Of a DNA stretch of 64,000 bases, positions 28,458 to 38,858 are shown in pieces. The notes beneath the pieces were generated by a model that was not told the origin of the DNA, ran no database searches, and saw only the letters and a list, made by a program, of their open reading frames with translations. Source of the DNA: a bacterium (lineage in GTDB: Bacteria; Bacteroidota; Bacteroidia; Bacteroidales; WCHB1-69). The stretch is from assembly GCA_963643165.1 (NCBI GenBank), contig CAVIJD010000008.1, positions 4,397 through 68,396 of the forward strand, written 5' to 3'. A program made the translations under genes and the position numbers. The number at the start of each line of letters is the position of its first letter. Positions within the stretch are counted from its first letter, which is position 1.

Positions 28458-29996
28458 ATGAAAATTTTCAGGAAAAGAAACTTATTCATCATAGCCTTGG
28501 CCCTTGCCTTTGCATGCACGGGCTGCCACCATCACCACCACGATGGAGAGGAACACGAACATGAACACGAACACGAACATGGGCACGGGCACGACCACGA
28601 AACCTGCCTGCAACTGACCGCCTACGGCAACCATTGGGAAGTTTATGCCGAGGCACACCCCTTTGTGACAGGCCACGCCTCCGAACTGCGGGCACACGTC
28701 ACAGACCTCAACACGTTCAAGCCCCGCAAGGAGGGCCGCGTCACAGCCATCCTCACCATCGGCGGACAGTCGGTAACACAGGCCATTGACACCCCCAGCA
28801 CGCCGGGCATCTACGAGTTTGCGCTGATGCCCAAACAGCAAGGCCACGGCTCACTGCTCTTTATCATTGACGGCGACACGCTGGCCGTCAACAACATACA
28901 AGCCTACGGCGAGGAAGAAGCCGCACTCGAAGCCGCCGAGGAGGTGCAAGTAAAGAGCGATGCCGGCGCCACATTCACCAAAGAGCAGAGTTGGAAGGTT
29001 GACTTTGCCACGGAGCCGTGCCGTCAGGAGCCTTTCGGCCAGGTCATCAAGACGGTGGCGCAGGTAATGCCGTCGCAGGGCGACGAGCAGGTGGTAACCG
29101 CCCACACCTCGGGCATTGTGCTGCCGCACAGCCGCGACCTGGTACAGGGCAAGGCGGTGAGCAAAGGCCAGACGCTCTTCACCATCGAGAGCGGCGACAT
29201 GATTGACAACAACCTCAGCGTGCGCTACCAAGAGGCCGCCGCCGAGTACGAACAGGCCAAAAGCGAGTACGAACGCAAAAAGGAACTGAACCGCGACAAG
29301 ATTGTCTCCGACGGCGAGCTGGCCCGCGCCAAGTCGGCCTACGAGAAAGCCGCCGCCCTCTACGAGAGCTGCCGCAACGTGTTCAAGGGCGGCAACCTGA
29401 CCATCAAAGCCCCGTTGGGCGGCTACATCCGGCAACTTTACGTGCAGCCCGGGCAGTTTGTAGAGGCGGGGCAGCCGCTGGCTACCGTGGCACAGAACCG
29501 CAGCCTCACCGTCCGCGCCGACGTGCAACCCAAGTATTACCCGTGGCTCGCACAGATTGAGACCGCCAACTTCCGCAGCATCAACGGCAAGCAGACCTAC
29601 TCGCTGGACGACCTGAAGGGCAAGGTGCTCTCGTACGGCAAGGCCACAGGCGAGACTAACGCCTTAGTGCCCGTGCTGTTTCAACTTGACAACCCGCAGG
29701 AATTCATCCCCGGCACCTTTGTGGAGACCTACATCAAGACCCGCTCCGCAGGCACGGCCGTCACCGTGCCCAACACCGCCCTCACGGAAGAGATGGGCAA
29801 CTGCTTCGTTTATGTGCAGTTGACCCCCGAATGCTTCGAAAAGCGGGCTGTCAGCACCGGCGCCACCGACGGCTTACGCACGGCAATAACCTCGGGGCTC
29901 GAGGGCAGCGAACGCATCGTGGCCAAGGGCGCCATCTTTGTAAAACTGGCCCAGGCTTCGGGCAAACTGGACGCCCACTCGGGGCACCATCACTGA
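28458..29996 (+). CDS. RND efflux periplasmic adaptor (CzcB/CusB-like) with His-rich termini
   Basis: Lipoprotein signal MKIFRKRNLFIIALALAFACTGC. His/Glu tract HHHHHDGEEHEHEHEHEHGHGHDHE, C-terminal HSGHHH, coiled-coil hairpin and beta-barrel regions typical of membrane fusion proteins. Confidence 0.85.
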   Translation: MKIFRKRNLFIIALALAFACTGCHHHHHDGEEHEHEHEHEHGHGHDHETCLQLTAYGNHWEVYAEAHPFVTGHASELRAHVTDLNTFKPRKEGRVTAILTIGGQSVTQAIDTPSTPGIYEFALMPKQQGHGSLLFIIDGDTLAVNNIQAYGEEEAALEAAEEVQVKSDAGATFTKEQSWKVDFATEPCRQEPFGQVIKTVAQVMPSQGDEQVVTAHTSGIVLPHSRDLVQGKAVSKGQTLFTIESGDMIDNNLSVRYQEAAAEYEQAKSEYERKKELNRDKIVSDGELARAKSAYEKAAALYESCRNVFKGGNLTIKAPLGGYIRQLYVQPGQFVEAGQPLATVAQNRSLTVRADVQPKYYPWLAQIETANFRSINGKQTYSLDDLKGKVLSYGKATGETNALVPVLFQLDNPQEFIPGTFVETYIKTRSAGTAVTVPNTALTEEMGNCFVYVQLTPECFEKRAVSTGATDGLRTAITSGLEGSERIVAKGAIFVKLAQASGKLDAHSGHHH

Positions 29997-30011
29997 AAAG
30001 GAGGCTGAAAG

Positions 30012-33000
30012 ATGAAATTCATAGACAAAATCATTCGATTCTCACTCCAGAACCGCCTGTTAGTGCTATTAGGGGCGGTGCTGGTAATGTTTGGCGGCAT
30101 CTACTCCGCCAACAAGATGGACATTGACGTCTTTCCGGACCTCACCGCCCCCACGGTGGTGGTGATGACCGATGCGCACGGCATGGCCGCCGAAGAGGTG
30201 GAACGGCTCGTCACCTTCCCCATAGAGACGGCCGTGAACGGCGCCACCAACGTGCGCCGTGTACGCTCCAACTCCACCACGGGATTCTCGTTCGTATGGG
30301 TGGAATTCGACTGGGGCATGGACATCTTCAAGGCCCGGCAGATTGTGAGCGAGAAGATGGTGTCCATAGGAGAAATGCTGCCCGAGGGCATCGCGCCCGT
30401 GTTGGCTCCGCAGTCGAGCATCATGGGCGAGATCCTGTTCATCGGCATGCAGGCCGACAGCACCTCGATGATGGACCTCCGCACCCTGGCCGAGTGGGTG
30501 GTCAAACCCACCATCCTCGCCACTGGCGGCGTGTCGCAAGTTACCGTGCTGGGCGGCGACTACAAACAGTACCACATCCTCGCCGACCCCTACCGCATGC
30601 AACGCTACGGCGTGACGATGGACGAACTGGAGGAGGTGGGCAAGAGCTTCAGCAACAACTCCGCCGGCGGCATCATCAACGACTACGGCAACGAGTACGC
30701 CCTCCGCGGCATGGCCCGCACCGCTGACATCGACGAACTGGGCAGGTCGTACCTCAAGACCCTCAACGGCTCGCCCGTGGTGCTCTCCGACGTGGCCGAT
30801 GTCACGATAGGCTCGGCACAAAAACTGGGCACGGGCTCCCGCAACGGCAAGCCCGCCATCATCATCTCCGTATCCAAACAGCCGAACATCAACACGCTGA
30901 AAGTGACCGAAAGCATCGAAAAGAACATCCAAGAGGTGCAGAAGTCGCTGCCCGCCGACGTACACATCGACACACACATCTTCCGGCAGGCCGACTTCAT
31001 CGAGGCCTCCGTCAGCAACGTGGGGCGCGCGCTGCTCGAAGGCGCCCTGTTTGTCATCATCGTGCTGTTTCTCTTCCTGGGCAACTTCCGCACCACACTG
31101 ATTTCCGTCGTGGCCATCCCGATATCGTTGTTAGGCACCATCATTGTGCTGCACCTGCTCGGCATGGACATCAACACCATGACCTTAGGCGGCATGTGCA
31201 TAGCCATAGGCTCCTTGGTTGACGACGCCATCATCGACGTGGAGAACGTCTATAAGCGGCTTCGCGAGAACCACCGCCTGCCCGAGGGCGACCGCCGTTC
31301 CACCTTTGAAGTGGTGTTTGAGGCCTCACGCGAGATCCGCGCCTCCATCATCAACGCCACCCTCATCATCATGGTGGCCTTTGTGCCCTTGTTCTTCTTG
31401 TCGGGCATGGAAGGCCGGCTGCTCATACCGCTGGGCATCACCTACATCATCGCCCTGTTCATGTCGCTGCTCGTAGCCATGACCCTCACGCCGCTGCTTT
31501 GCAAGCTGTTGCTCACCAACGAGCACTACCTGCTCAAGAACGAGCGGGAGAGCCGGCTGGCGCAATGGCTTTCGGCCCGCTACCGCAAGACGCTGGCTTG
31601 GGTGTTGGAGCACACACGCCCGATGCTCGCCGGCACCGGGATGCTGCTGGTCGGCGCCATCGTCGCCTTTTTCCTGATGGGGCGCAGTTTCCTGCCCGAC
31701 TTCAACGAGGGCTCGATGACCATCTCGGCCGTCACGCAGCCCGGGGTCTCGCTGGAGGTGAGCGACCATTTAGGCAGCCTAATGGAAGAGGCCCTGCTGG
31801 AAATCCCCGAGGTGAACAGCACGGCACGGCGCACGGGACGCGGCGACCTGGACGAACATTCGCAGTCAACCAACGGTTGTGAGATTGACGTGAACTTCAC
31901 CCTCGGCAAGCGTTCGCGCGAGGAGCTGTTCAACGATGCCCGCGAGCGGCTCAATGCCATCCCCGGCGTGGCGGTCACCATAGGGCAGCCGCTCGGCCAC
32001 CGCATCGACCACATGCTCTCGGGCACGCGCGCCGCCATCGCCATCAAGCTCTTCGGCACCGACCTGAGCCAGATGTACGCCATAGGCAACGACATCAAGC
32101 ACGCCGTTCAAGGCATTGAGGGACTTGTTGACGTGAGCGTAGAGCAGCAGACCGAGACACCGCAACTGCAAGTGCGCGCCAACCGCGACGCCCTTGCCCG
32201 CTACGGCATCCCCATTGAGGAGTTCAACCACTTCATAGAACTGGCATTCTCGGGCGAGAAAATCGCCGACATCTACGAGGGACAACGCAGCTTTGACGTA
32301 GTGTTGCGGCTGCCCGATGAGTACCGCGACATCGAGGGGGTGCGCAAAGCCCTGATTGACACTAAGGAGGGCGGCAAAGTTCCGCTCGAAGAGGTGGCGG
32401 AAGTGGTGTCTGCCGCCGGCCCCAACAACATCAGCCGCGAGAACGTGCAACGCAAACTGGTGGTTTCCGCCAACGTCTCCGGCCGTGATGTCGGCAGCGT
32501 AGTCGATGACATCCGCAAAACCGTGGACCAGCAGATCAAGTTGCCCGAGGGCTACCGCATCGAGTACGGCGGGCAGTTTGAGAGCGCGCAGCGTGCCTCC
32601 CGCACCCTGACCTTGGCGACCATCATCTCCATATTCGTGATATTCCTGCTGTTGTACGGCGAGTTCAAGAATGTGAAACTCTCCGCCATGATCCTCGTCA
32701 ACCTGCCGTTGGCCATGATCGGCGGCGTGTTTGCCGTGGCTGTCTCCTCGCAGACCGTCAGCATCCCCTCCATCATCGGGTTCATCACGCTGTTCGGCAT
32801 CGCGGTGCGCAACGGCGTGCTGTTAGTCTCGCGCTACGAGCACCTGCAACGCGACGGGATGCCCTTGCGCCAAACTGTCGTCGAGGGCTCTGTTGACCGG
32901 CTAAACCCAATCTTGATGACCGCACTCACCTCCGCGTTGGCCCTCATCCCGCTGATTTTCAACGGCGACAAGTCGGGCAACGAAATCCAAAGTCCTATGG

Positions 33001-33122
33001 CGGTGGTAGTGCTCGGCGGCCTGGTCACCTCAACGCTGCTCAACCTCTATATCATGCCTATCATGTACGAATGGTACCGGAAGAGATTCCCCCATGCGGG
33101 CAAGAGCGGCAATGCCGAATAG
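30012..33122 (+). CDS. Heavy-metal efflux RND transporter, CusA/CzcA family
   Basis: 1036 aa, 12-TM RND layout, conserved segments such as GGMCIAIGSLVDDAIIDVEN. Adjacent to adaptor and TolC-like genes. Confidence 0.9.
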   Translation: MKFIDKIIRFSLQNRLLVLLGAVLVMFGGIYSANKMDIDVFPDLTAPTVVVMTDAHGMAAEEVERLVTFPIETAVNGATNVRRVRSNSTTGFSFVWVEFDWGMDIFKARQIVSEKMVSIGEMLPEGIAPVLAPQSSIMGEILFIGMQADSTSMMDLRTLAEWVVKPTILATGGVSQVTVLGGDYKQYHILADPYRMQRYGVTMDELEEVGKSFSNNSAGGIINDYGNEYALRGMARTADIDELGRSYLKTLNGSPVVLSDVADVTIGSAQKLGTGSRNGKPAIIISVSKQPNINTLKVTESIEKNIQEVQKSLPADVHIDTHIFRQADFIEASVSNVGRALLEGALFVIIVLFLFLGNFRTTLISVVAIPISLLGTIIVLHLLGMDINTMTLGGMCIAIGSLVDDAIIDVENVYKRLRENHRLPEGDRRSTFEVVFEASREIRASIINATLIIMVAFVPLFFLSGMEGRLLIPLGITYIIALFMSLLVAMTLTPLLCKLLLTNEHYLLKNERESRLAQWLSARYRKTLAWVLEHTRPMLAGTGMLLVGAIVAFFLMGRSFLPDFNEGSMTISAVTQPGVSLEVSDHLGSLMEEALLEIPEVNSTARRTGRGDLDEHSQSTNGCEIDVNFTLGKRSREELFNDARERLNAIPGVAVTIGQPLGHRIDHMLSGTRAAIAIKLFGTDLSQMYAIGNDIKHAVQGIEGLVDVSVEQQTETPQLQVRANRDALARYGIPIEEFNHFIELAFSGEKIADIYEGQRSFDVVLRLPDEYRDIEGVRKALIDTKEGGKVPLEEVAEVVSAAGPNNISRENVQRKLVVSANVSGRDVGSVVDDIRKTVDQQIKLPEGYRIEYGGQFESAQRASRTLTLATIISIFVIFLLLYGEFKNVKLSAMILVNLPLAMIGGVFAVAVSSQTVSIPSIIGFITLFGIAVRNGVLLVSRYEHLQRDGMPLRQTVVEGSVDRLNPILMTALTSALALIPLIFNGDKSGNEIQSPMAVVVLGGLVTSTLLNLYIMPIMYEWYRKRFPHAGKSGNAE

Positions 33123-33191
33123 CCATGAGGTTCTGCCGTCAACGGCGGCAGAACCTCTATTATCATTTTTTACAATATAATATCAGAGACA

Positions 33192-34376
33192 ATGACAAAA
33201 AACAAATTCATCCTCATATTAGCCTTGTTGTCCGCTTCCACCTTAGGGCAGGCGCAGAACTATGATGCCGTATTGCGCAACATTGAAGCCAACAACACCG
33301 AATTGAAAACCCTGCGCGCAAAGACCGACGCCGCAAAGACTGCCTGCCGCACAGGCATCCTGCCCGACAACCCCGAAGTGGAATTCGGGTACTTGTGGGG
33401 CTCGCCGCAGTCGGAGGGCAGCCGCATCGACTTCAACGTGACGCAGAGCCTCGACTTTCCCACCACCTACGTTTACCGCGACAAGCTGGCCGATGCCGAA
33501 GCGCAGGAAGCAGAGTTGCGCTATGCCACAGCGCACAAGGACTTGTTGGCGGAGGTGCGCCAACACTGCATCCGGCTCATCTATTGCAACATTCTGCAAA
33601 AAGAAAACGAATATCATGTAAAAACCGCCCAAGCCATTCAAGATGCCTACCAGCGGATGTATGACAATGGCGAAAAGAGCATCCTGGACCTCAACAAGGC
33701 GCGCCTCGAGTTGCTCTCTGCCCGCAAAGAGCTGGAGAACAACCGGGTAGAGCAAGAGACCTTATTGGGCGAACTGATGCAGATGAACGGCGGCCAGCCC
33801 GTCGTGTTGCCCGACACCGTCTATCCCATCGTACCCGTCACCGAGCCTTTCGACGACTGGTACAAACGCATTGAGCCGCTCAACCCGTCGCTGCAGCAAC
33901 TTGAGGCACAGCAGCATGCCAACCGGCGGCGCATACAGTTGAGCAAGTCGCTTTGGGCACCGGGGCTGTCGGTAGGCTACAAGAGCGAACGCACGCCCGG
34001 GGCGGTGCTGCAAGGCATCGGGGTCGGCATCTCGCTGCCCTTGTGGAGCAACAGCCGGAGCATAAAAAGTGCCATGGCCGAGAAAACCGCCTTGCAGTCG
34101 GAGGCCTTTGACCTGCGGACGCAGTACTACAGCAGTCTGAAGAGCAAGTACCGCGAGACAGAACGTCTGAAAGGGCTGCTGGACGAGTACCGCGCCACCC
34201 TCTCCTCGTTGAACACAGACGCCTTGCTGCTCAAAGCCTTGGAGCAGGGCGAGATCTCGCTCATCGACTACATCTTGGAACGCCGGATATACCGCGAGGC
34301 GCTGCACGAAGCCTACGACACGGAATATGCCCTGCAGAAAGCGCTCGTCGAGCTGACAGTGTATGCAGAGGAGTAA
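33192..34376 (+). CDS. TolC-family outer-membrane efflux protein (CzcC-like)
   Basis: Signal peptide MTKNKFILILALLSASTLGQA. Two-repeat helical/beta pattern of outer-membrane factor proteins. Last gene of the efflux operon. Confidence 0.8.
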   Translation: MTKNKFILILALLSASTLGQAQNYDAVLRNIEANNTELKTLRAKTDAAKTACRTGILPDNPEVEFGYLWGSPQSEGSRIDFNVTQSLDFPTTYVYRDKLADAEAQEAELRYATAHKDLLAEVRQHCIRLIYCNILQKENEYHVKTAQAIQDAYQRMYDNGEKSILDLNKARLELLSARKELENNRVEQETLLGELMQMNGGQPVVLPDTVYPIVPVTEPFDDWYKRIEPLNPSLQQLEAQQHANRRRIQLSKSLWAPGLSVGYKSERTPGAVLQGIGVGISLPLWSNSRSIKSAMAEKTALQSEAFDLRTQYYSSLKSKYRETERLKGLLDEYRATLSSLNTDALLLKALEQGEISLIDYILERRIYREALHEAYDTEYALQKALVELTVYAEE

Positions 34377-34480
34377 AAGGACATGGCTACCTAACGGACG
34401 AGCCAACTGATTGCAGCTGGAGTGTCTTAGACAGTCTCAGAATGGACCATAACCTTGTGAATTTGGAAAATGCAACAACA

Positions 34481-34508
34481 GGCGTAACGCCTCTAAATTC
34501 TACATACT
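34481..34508. repeat. Intergenic repeat family R1, partial copy C
   Basis: ggcgtaacgcctctaaattctacatact shares the gcgtaacgcctcta(c)attcta core with 46193-46221 and the 3' blocks of copies A and B. Confidence 0.55.
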
Positions 34509-34512
34509 GAAT

Positions 34513-36036
34513 TCATTTTCCTGCGGCAGCCGACACCCTTTTCCTCAATTGTATCCTCATCACGGTGCCTTTGTCGGGGGCGGAACTCTTGACAAAGAGT
34601 TTGCCTTTGTGGTATTCGCGGATGATGCGCCGGGCGAGCGTCAGACCGAGTCCCCAGCCGCGGCTCTTGGAGGTGTATCCGGGCATGAAGATGCGCTTCT
34701 GCATACGGTAAGGGATGCCCTTGCCCGTGTCGGCGATGTCAACGTTCACTTTGTCTTTCTCCTCTGTGATGCTGATGGTTATCGAGCCTTTGCCCTCCAT
34801 GGCGTCAACCGCATTCTTGCAGATATTCTCTATCACCCACTCAAAAAGGTAGCGGTTCAGCGAGAGGGTCAGATGTTCCTGCTCCGACTGCACCGTAATC
34901 TTGACCATGGATGGCACACGCGACTGCAGATAGGCCACAAACTCCTTTATCACTTCAACCAAGTCTTGCGGTTCTAACACCGGCACAGAACCAATTTTGG
35001 AAAAACGTTGCGCTATCGTTTCAAGGCGGTGTACGTCCTTGCCGATCTCGGTGGGCACCGACTGTTCTATGGGCATCTCCTTCAGCAACTCAGTCCACGC
35101 CATCAGCGACGAGATGGGCGTGCCCAATTGGTGCGCCGTCTCCTTAGACATGCCCACCCAGATGCGGTTTTGTTCCGACTTGCGCGACGTGCTGAACAGC
35201 AACCAGGCCACAATGATGAAGATGACAATGAACCCCAACTCGATAAAGGGGAACATGCGCAGCTGTTTCAGCACCGACGACTCTTCGTAATAGACATAGC
35301 AGGTGCCGTGGTCGAGCAGGTTGAGTACAATCGGGGCATTCTCGCCTTTCATCTTCTCAAGCCGTTCGGCGAGTCGCGTCGGGTCAGCGATGACGGACGA
35401 GTCGATATTGCCCGTATTGATGACATTGCGGCGCGTGCTGTCGGTGATGATGACCGGCGCGGAGGCGGAATTGATGACCGTTTCCTGGAAGAACGACTGG
35501 ATGAGATTGTCGATGACGACGTGGAGTTTGCCATAGATGGGCGACTCCTGATAGTAGAACGTCACGTACCGGTTTTCGAGGTAAGGGACGCTCTGGCTGG
35601 AATAGAGCTCGATGTCGCTGCCCATTTCGCTGATGTTCCTCATGCGGGCTATGCTGTCGGGCACATTGATGGAAGCGTCGATCGTGCCGCCCTGGCTAGT
35701 GATAATCAGCGGCACCGTCTTGTTTGACGAGATAATCTCATTATAGAAAGTGAGATCCTCATCCAGTGGCGCCTCAATGATCTTCTTCACCGTAGTGGCG
35801 AGTATTCTGGCGTGGTTGTCCTCTTCAATCTTGATAGAATTGAAGAAATGTTCGGTTTCGTTTACGATTTGCGCCTTATAGGAGATGGCGCCGGCCCATA
35901 TCTCCATCCGTTTGCGCTCCTCCTGCGCTATGTTGTTCACCAATTTGTTGGCATAGAAGATAATCACCACATACACCACGGCCGCCGATATGAAGAGCAG
36001 CCATTTGAGTTGCGTGCTATGGTCATTCCTTCTCAT
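34513..36036 (-). CDS. Sensor histidine kinase
   Basis: Two TM segments flank a periplasmic domain. H-box HQLGTPISSLMAWTELL, N-box NAVDAM, G1 DTGKGI, G2 GWGLGLTLARR. Confidence 0.85.
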   Translation of the reverse strand: MRRNDHSTQLKWLLFISAAVVYVVIIFYANKLVNNIAQEERKRMEIWAGAISYKAQIVNETEHFFNSIKIEEDNHARILATTVKKIIEAPLDEDLTFYNEIISSNKTVPLIITSQGGTIDASINVPDSIARMRNISEMGSDIELYSSQSVPYLENRYVTFYYQESPIYGKLHVVIDNLIQSFFQETVINSASAPVIITDSTRRNVINTGNIDSSVIADPTRLAERLEKMKGENAPIVLNLLDHGTCYVYYEESSVLKQLRMFPFIELGFIVIFIIVAWLLFSTSRKSEQNRIWVGMSKETAHQLGTPISSLMAWTELLKEMPIEQSVPTEIGKDVHRLETIAQRFSKIGSVPVLEPQDLVEVIKEFVAYLQSRVPSMVKITVQSEQEHLTLSLNRYLFEWVIENICKNAVDAMEGKGSITISITEEKDKVNVDIADTGKGIPYRMQKRIFMPGYTSKSRGWGLGLTLARRIIREYHKGKLFVKSSAPDKGTVMRIQLRKRVSAAAGK

Positions 36037-36045
36037 AGCGAAGGC

Positions 36046-37026
<981 letters not shown>

Positions 37027-37041
37027 GTTTCATTTCATTTA

Positions 37042-38394
37042 TCAGGGGATCTGCCATTTCGTCACAAACGGGCACTCCCTGTACTGGTTATTCAATTTAA
37101 TATTAGTCACTTTCACTTTATCGAGCACCCATTTCTGGAGGGCGTCGTATTTTTTCTCCTCGAGGGCGGCGTTCTTTATAAGGTCATAGTCTTCCACAAT
37201 ATTGGCCTTGTGTTCAGCCACCTTCTCTTTGAGGTAGATAAGTCGGTAGGCCATCACGCCGTCGTCATTGACAAACGGCACGCACTCGGAATACTCGCCG
37301 GGAATCAGTTTGGCGACGGTAGCGTAGGTGGCGTCATCCATCGACTGTCTGTCGAAGCTGAAAGAGTTGGTATATTGGTTCACCACCATGCCGCCGCTCG
37401 TCTTCGTAGTGCCGTCGGAGAAGCGTTTGGCGGCCTCTTCGAGCCCAAGGTGCTCATTGACAATAATTTTCCTCACGCTGTCGAGATAGGTGATAGCCTT
37501 AACCTGCTCATCGGTAGAGGGTTTAGGTTGAATGAGGATATGGGCGCAATGGATAGACTCGCCGCGGCGTTCAATGAGTTGGATGATATGATAGCCGGCG
37601 CGTGTCTTCACCACTTGGGAGACCTCGCCCGACTTGAGGTTGAAGGCCACGGCCTCAAATTCGGGATAGAGGGAGCCGCGTTCCACGAAGCCGAGGTCGC
37701 CGCCCTTGGAGGCGCTGCCCGGGTCGTCGGAATAGAGGCGTGCCAGCATCGAGAACTTCTCGCCGCGGAGCACTCGCTCGCGGTAATCGTTGAGCCGCGA
37801 CTTCACCGACTCGGTTTCGGCGTCGCTCACGGGCGGGATCTTCACCACCTCGCCAAACTGGTACGAAGTGGGCACGATCGGCATGCTGTCGCTGTTCATC
37901 CGGGCGGCGAACTGCTTCACCTCGGAGGGCGTCACCGTGATGCTGCCCGTAATCTTCGACTGCACCTGCTCGATGAGGGCCTGCTCATACATCATCTCCC
38001 GCAGGTCCTTCTTAATCTCCGTCATCGACTTCTTGAAATACTCCTCAATATATTTGGTATTGCCGCCCACTTGTTGCAAAAAGTAAGAGAGGCGGGCATT
38101 GATGCGGTAGTCAATCTCCTCGTCGGTAACCTCAATGCTGTCGAGCTGGGCCTGATTGACCATCAACTTGTTGAACATCAACGTCTCAAGAATATAGCAA
38201 CGGGTGTCGTCCGGGTCTTCCACCGTGTTGAACTGCGCCGTATAGTCAAGATAATGCTTCTCGAGGTCTGACCTCATGATGATGTCCTTGCCGATAACCG
38301 CCACGATGCCGTCAACGGGCACGCCGGTTTGGGCGAACGAAACAAGGCTGAACAAAGTCAGCAGGGCCGTAGTTATATTTCTTTTCATCCTCAC
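37042..38394 (-). CDS. Periplasmic peptidyl-prolyl isomerase, SurA-like (parvulin domain)
   Basis: Signal peptide plus parvulin signature GGDLGFVERGSLYPEFEAVAFNLKSGEVSQVVKTRAGYHIIQL. Confidence 0.85.
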   Translation of the reverse strand: MRMKRNITTALLTLFSLVSFAQTGVPVDGIVAVIGKDIIMRSDLEKHYLDYTAQFNTVEDPDDTRCYILETLMFNKLMVNQAQLDSIEVTDEEIDYRINARLSYFLQQVGGNTKYIEEYFKKSMTEIKKDLREMMYEQALIEQVQSKITGSITVTPSEVKQFAARMNSDSMPIVPTSYQFGEVVKIPPVSDAETESVKSRLNDYRERVLRGEKFSMLARLYSDDPGSASKGGDLGFVERGSLYPEFEAVAFNLKSGEVSQVVKTRAGYHIIQLIERRGESIHCAHILIQPKPSTDEQVKAITYLDSVRKIIVNEHLGLEEAAKRFSDGTTKTSGGMVVNQYTNSFSFDRQSMDDATYATVAKLIPGEYSECVPFVNDDGVMAYRLIYLKEKVAEHKANIVEDYDLIKNAALEEKKYDALQKWVLDKVKVTNIKLNNQYRECPFVTKWQIP

Positions 38395-38469
38395 TGTTCT
38401 AATTTAATAGCTGCTTTTCCTGTTGCGGAACGGGCAGAACCGTTTAAAAAATTGTGGGGGCGAAAATAC

Positions 38470-38497
38470 AAAAAAAAAGAAGACAGCCGCCTTCTTT
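38470..38497 (-). terminator. Rho-independent terminator of rpmH
   Basis: On the - strand: AAAGAAG-gcggctgt-CTTCTTT followed by a T run, about 30 nt after the rpmH stop. Confidence 0.5.
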
Positions 38498-38528
38498 TTC
38501 TTGTGTTGATGCAATGGTTTCGTCCAAC

Positions 38529-38687
38529 TTATTTTCTTCCAAGACTTTCGTCGGAAACGGTGAGTTTCTTTCTCCCTTTTGCTCTGCGGGCAGCCAGCAC
38601 GCGACGACCGTTTGCGGTGGACATTCTCTCTCTGAAACCATGCTTGTTTCTGCGTCTCTCGTTAGAGGGTTGATATGTTCTTTTCAT
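38529..38687 (-). CDS. rpmH: 50S ribosomal protein L34
   Basis: My own translation: [52 protein letters not shown] (52 aa), the canonical L34 sequence. Absent from the ORF track because it is under 60 aa. Confidence 0.95.
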   Translation of the reverse strand: MKRTYQPSNERRRNKHGFRERMSTANGRRVLAARRAKGRKKLTVSDESLGRK

Positions 38688-38858
38688 CTCTACTTTTATT
38701 TATTTTTCCAACATTTTTTCAAGGCTGCAAAAGTACACTTTTTTCTGATACCTCCGACCGCAAAATAAATTTTGGTCATTAAAAATGCAAAGCGGCCTAT
38801 CTGCGATTTTTTTGCTATTATTGCTTTCCCGTTTTTAAAACCCAATAAATTAACGCGT

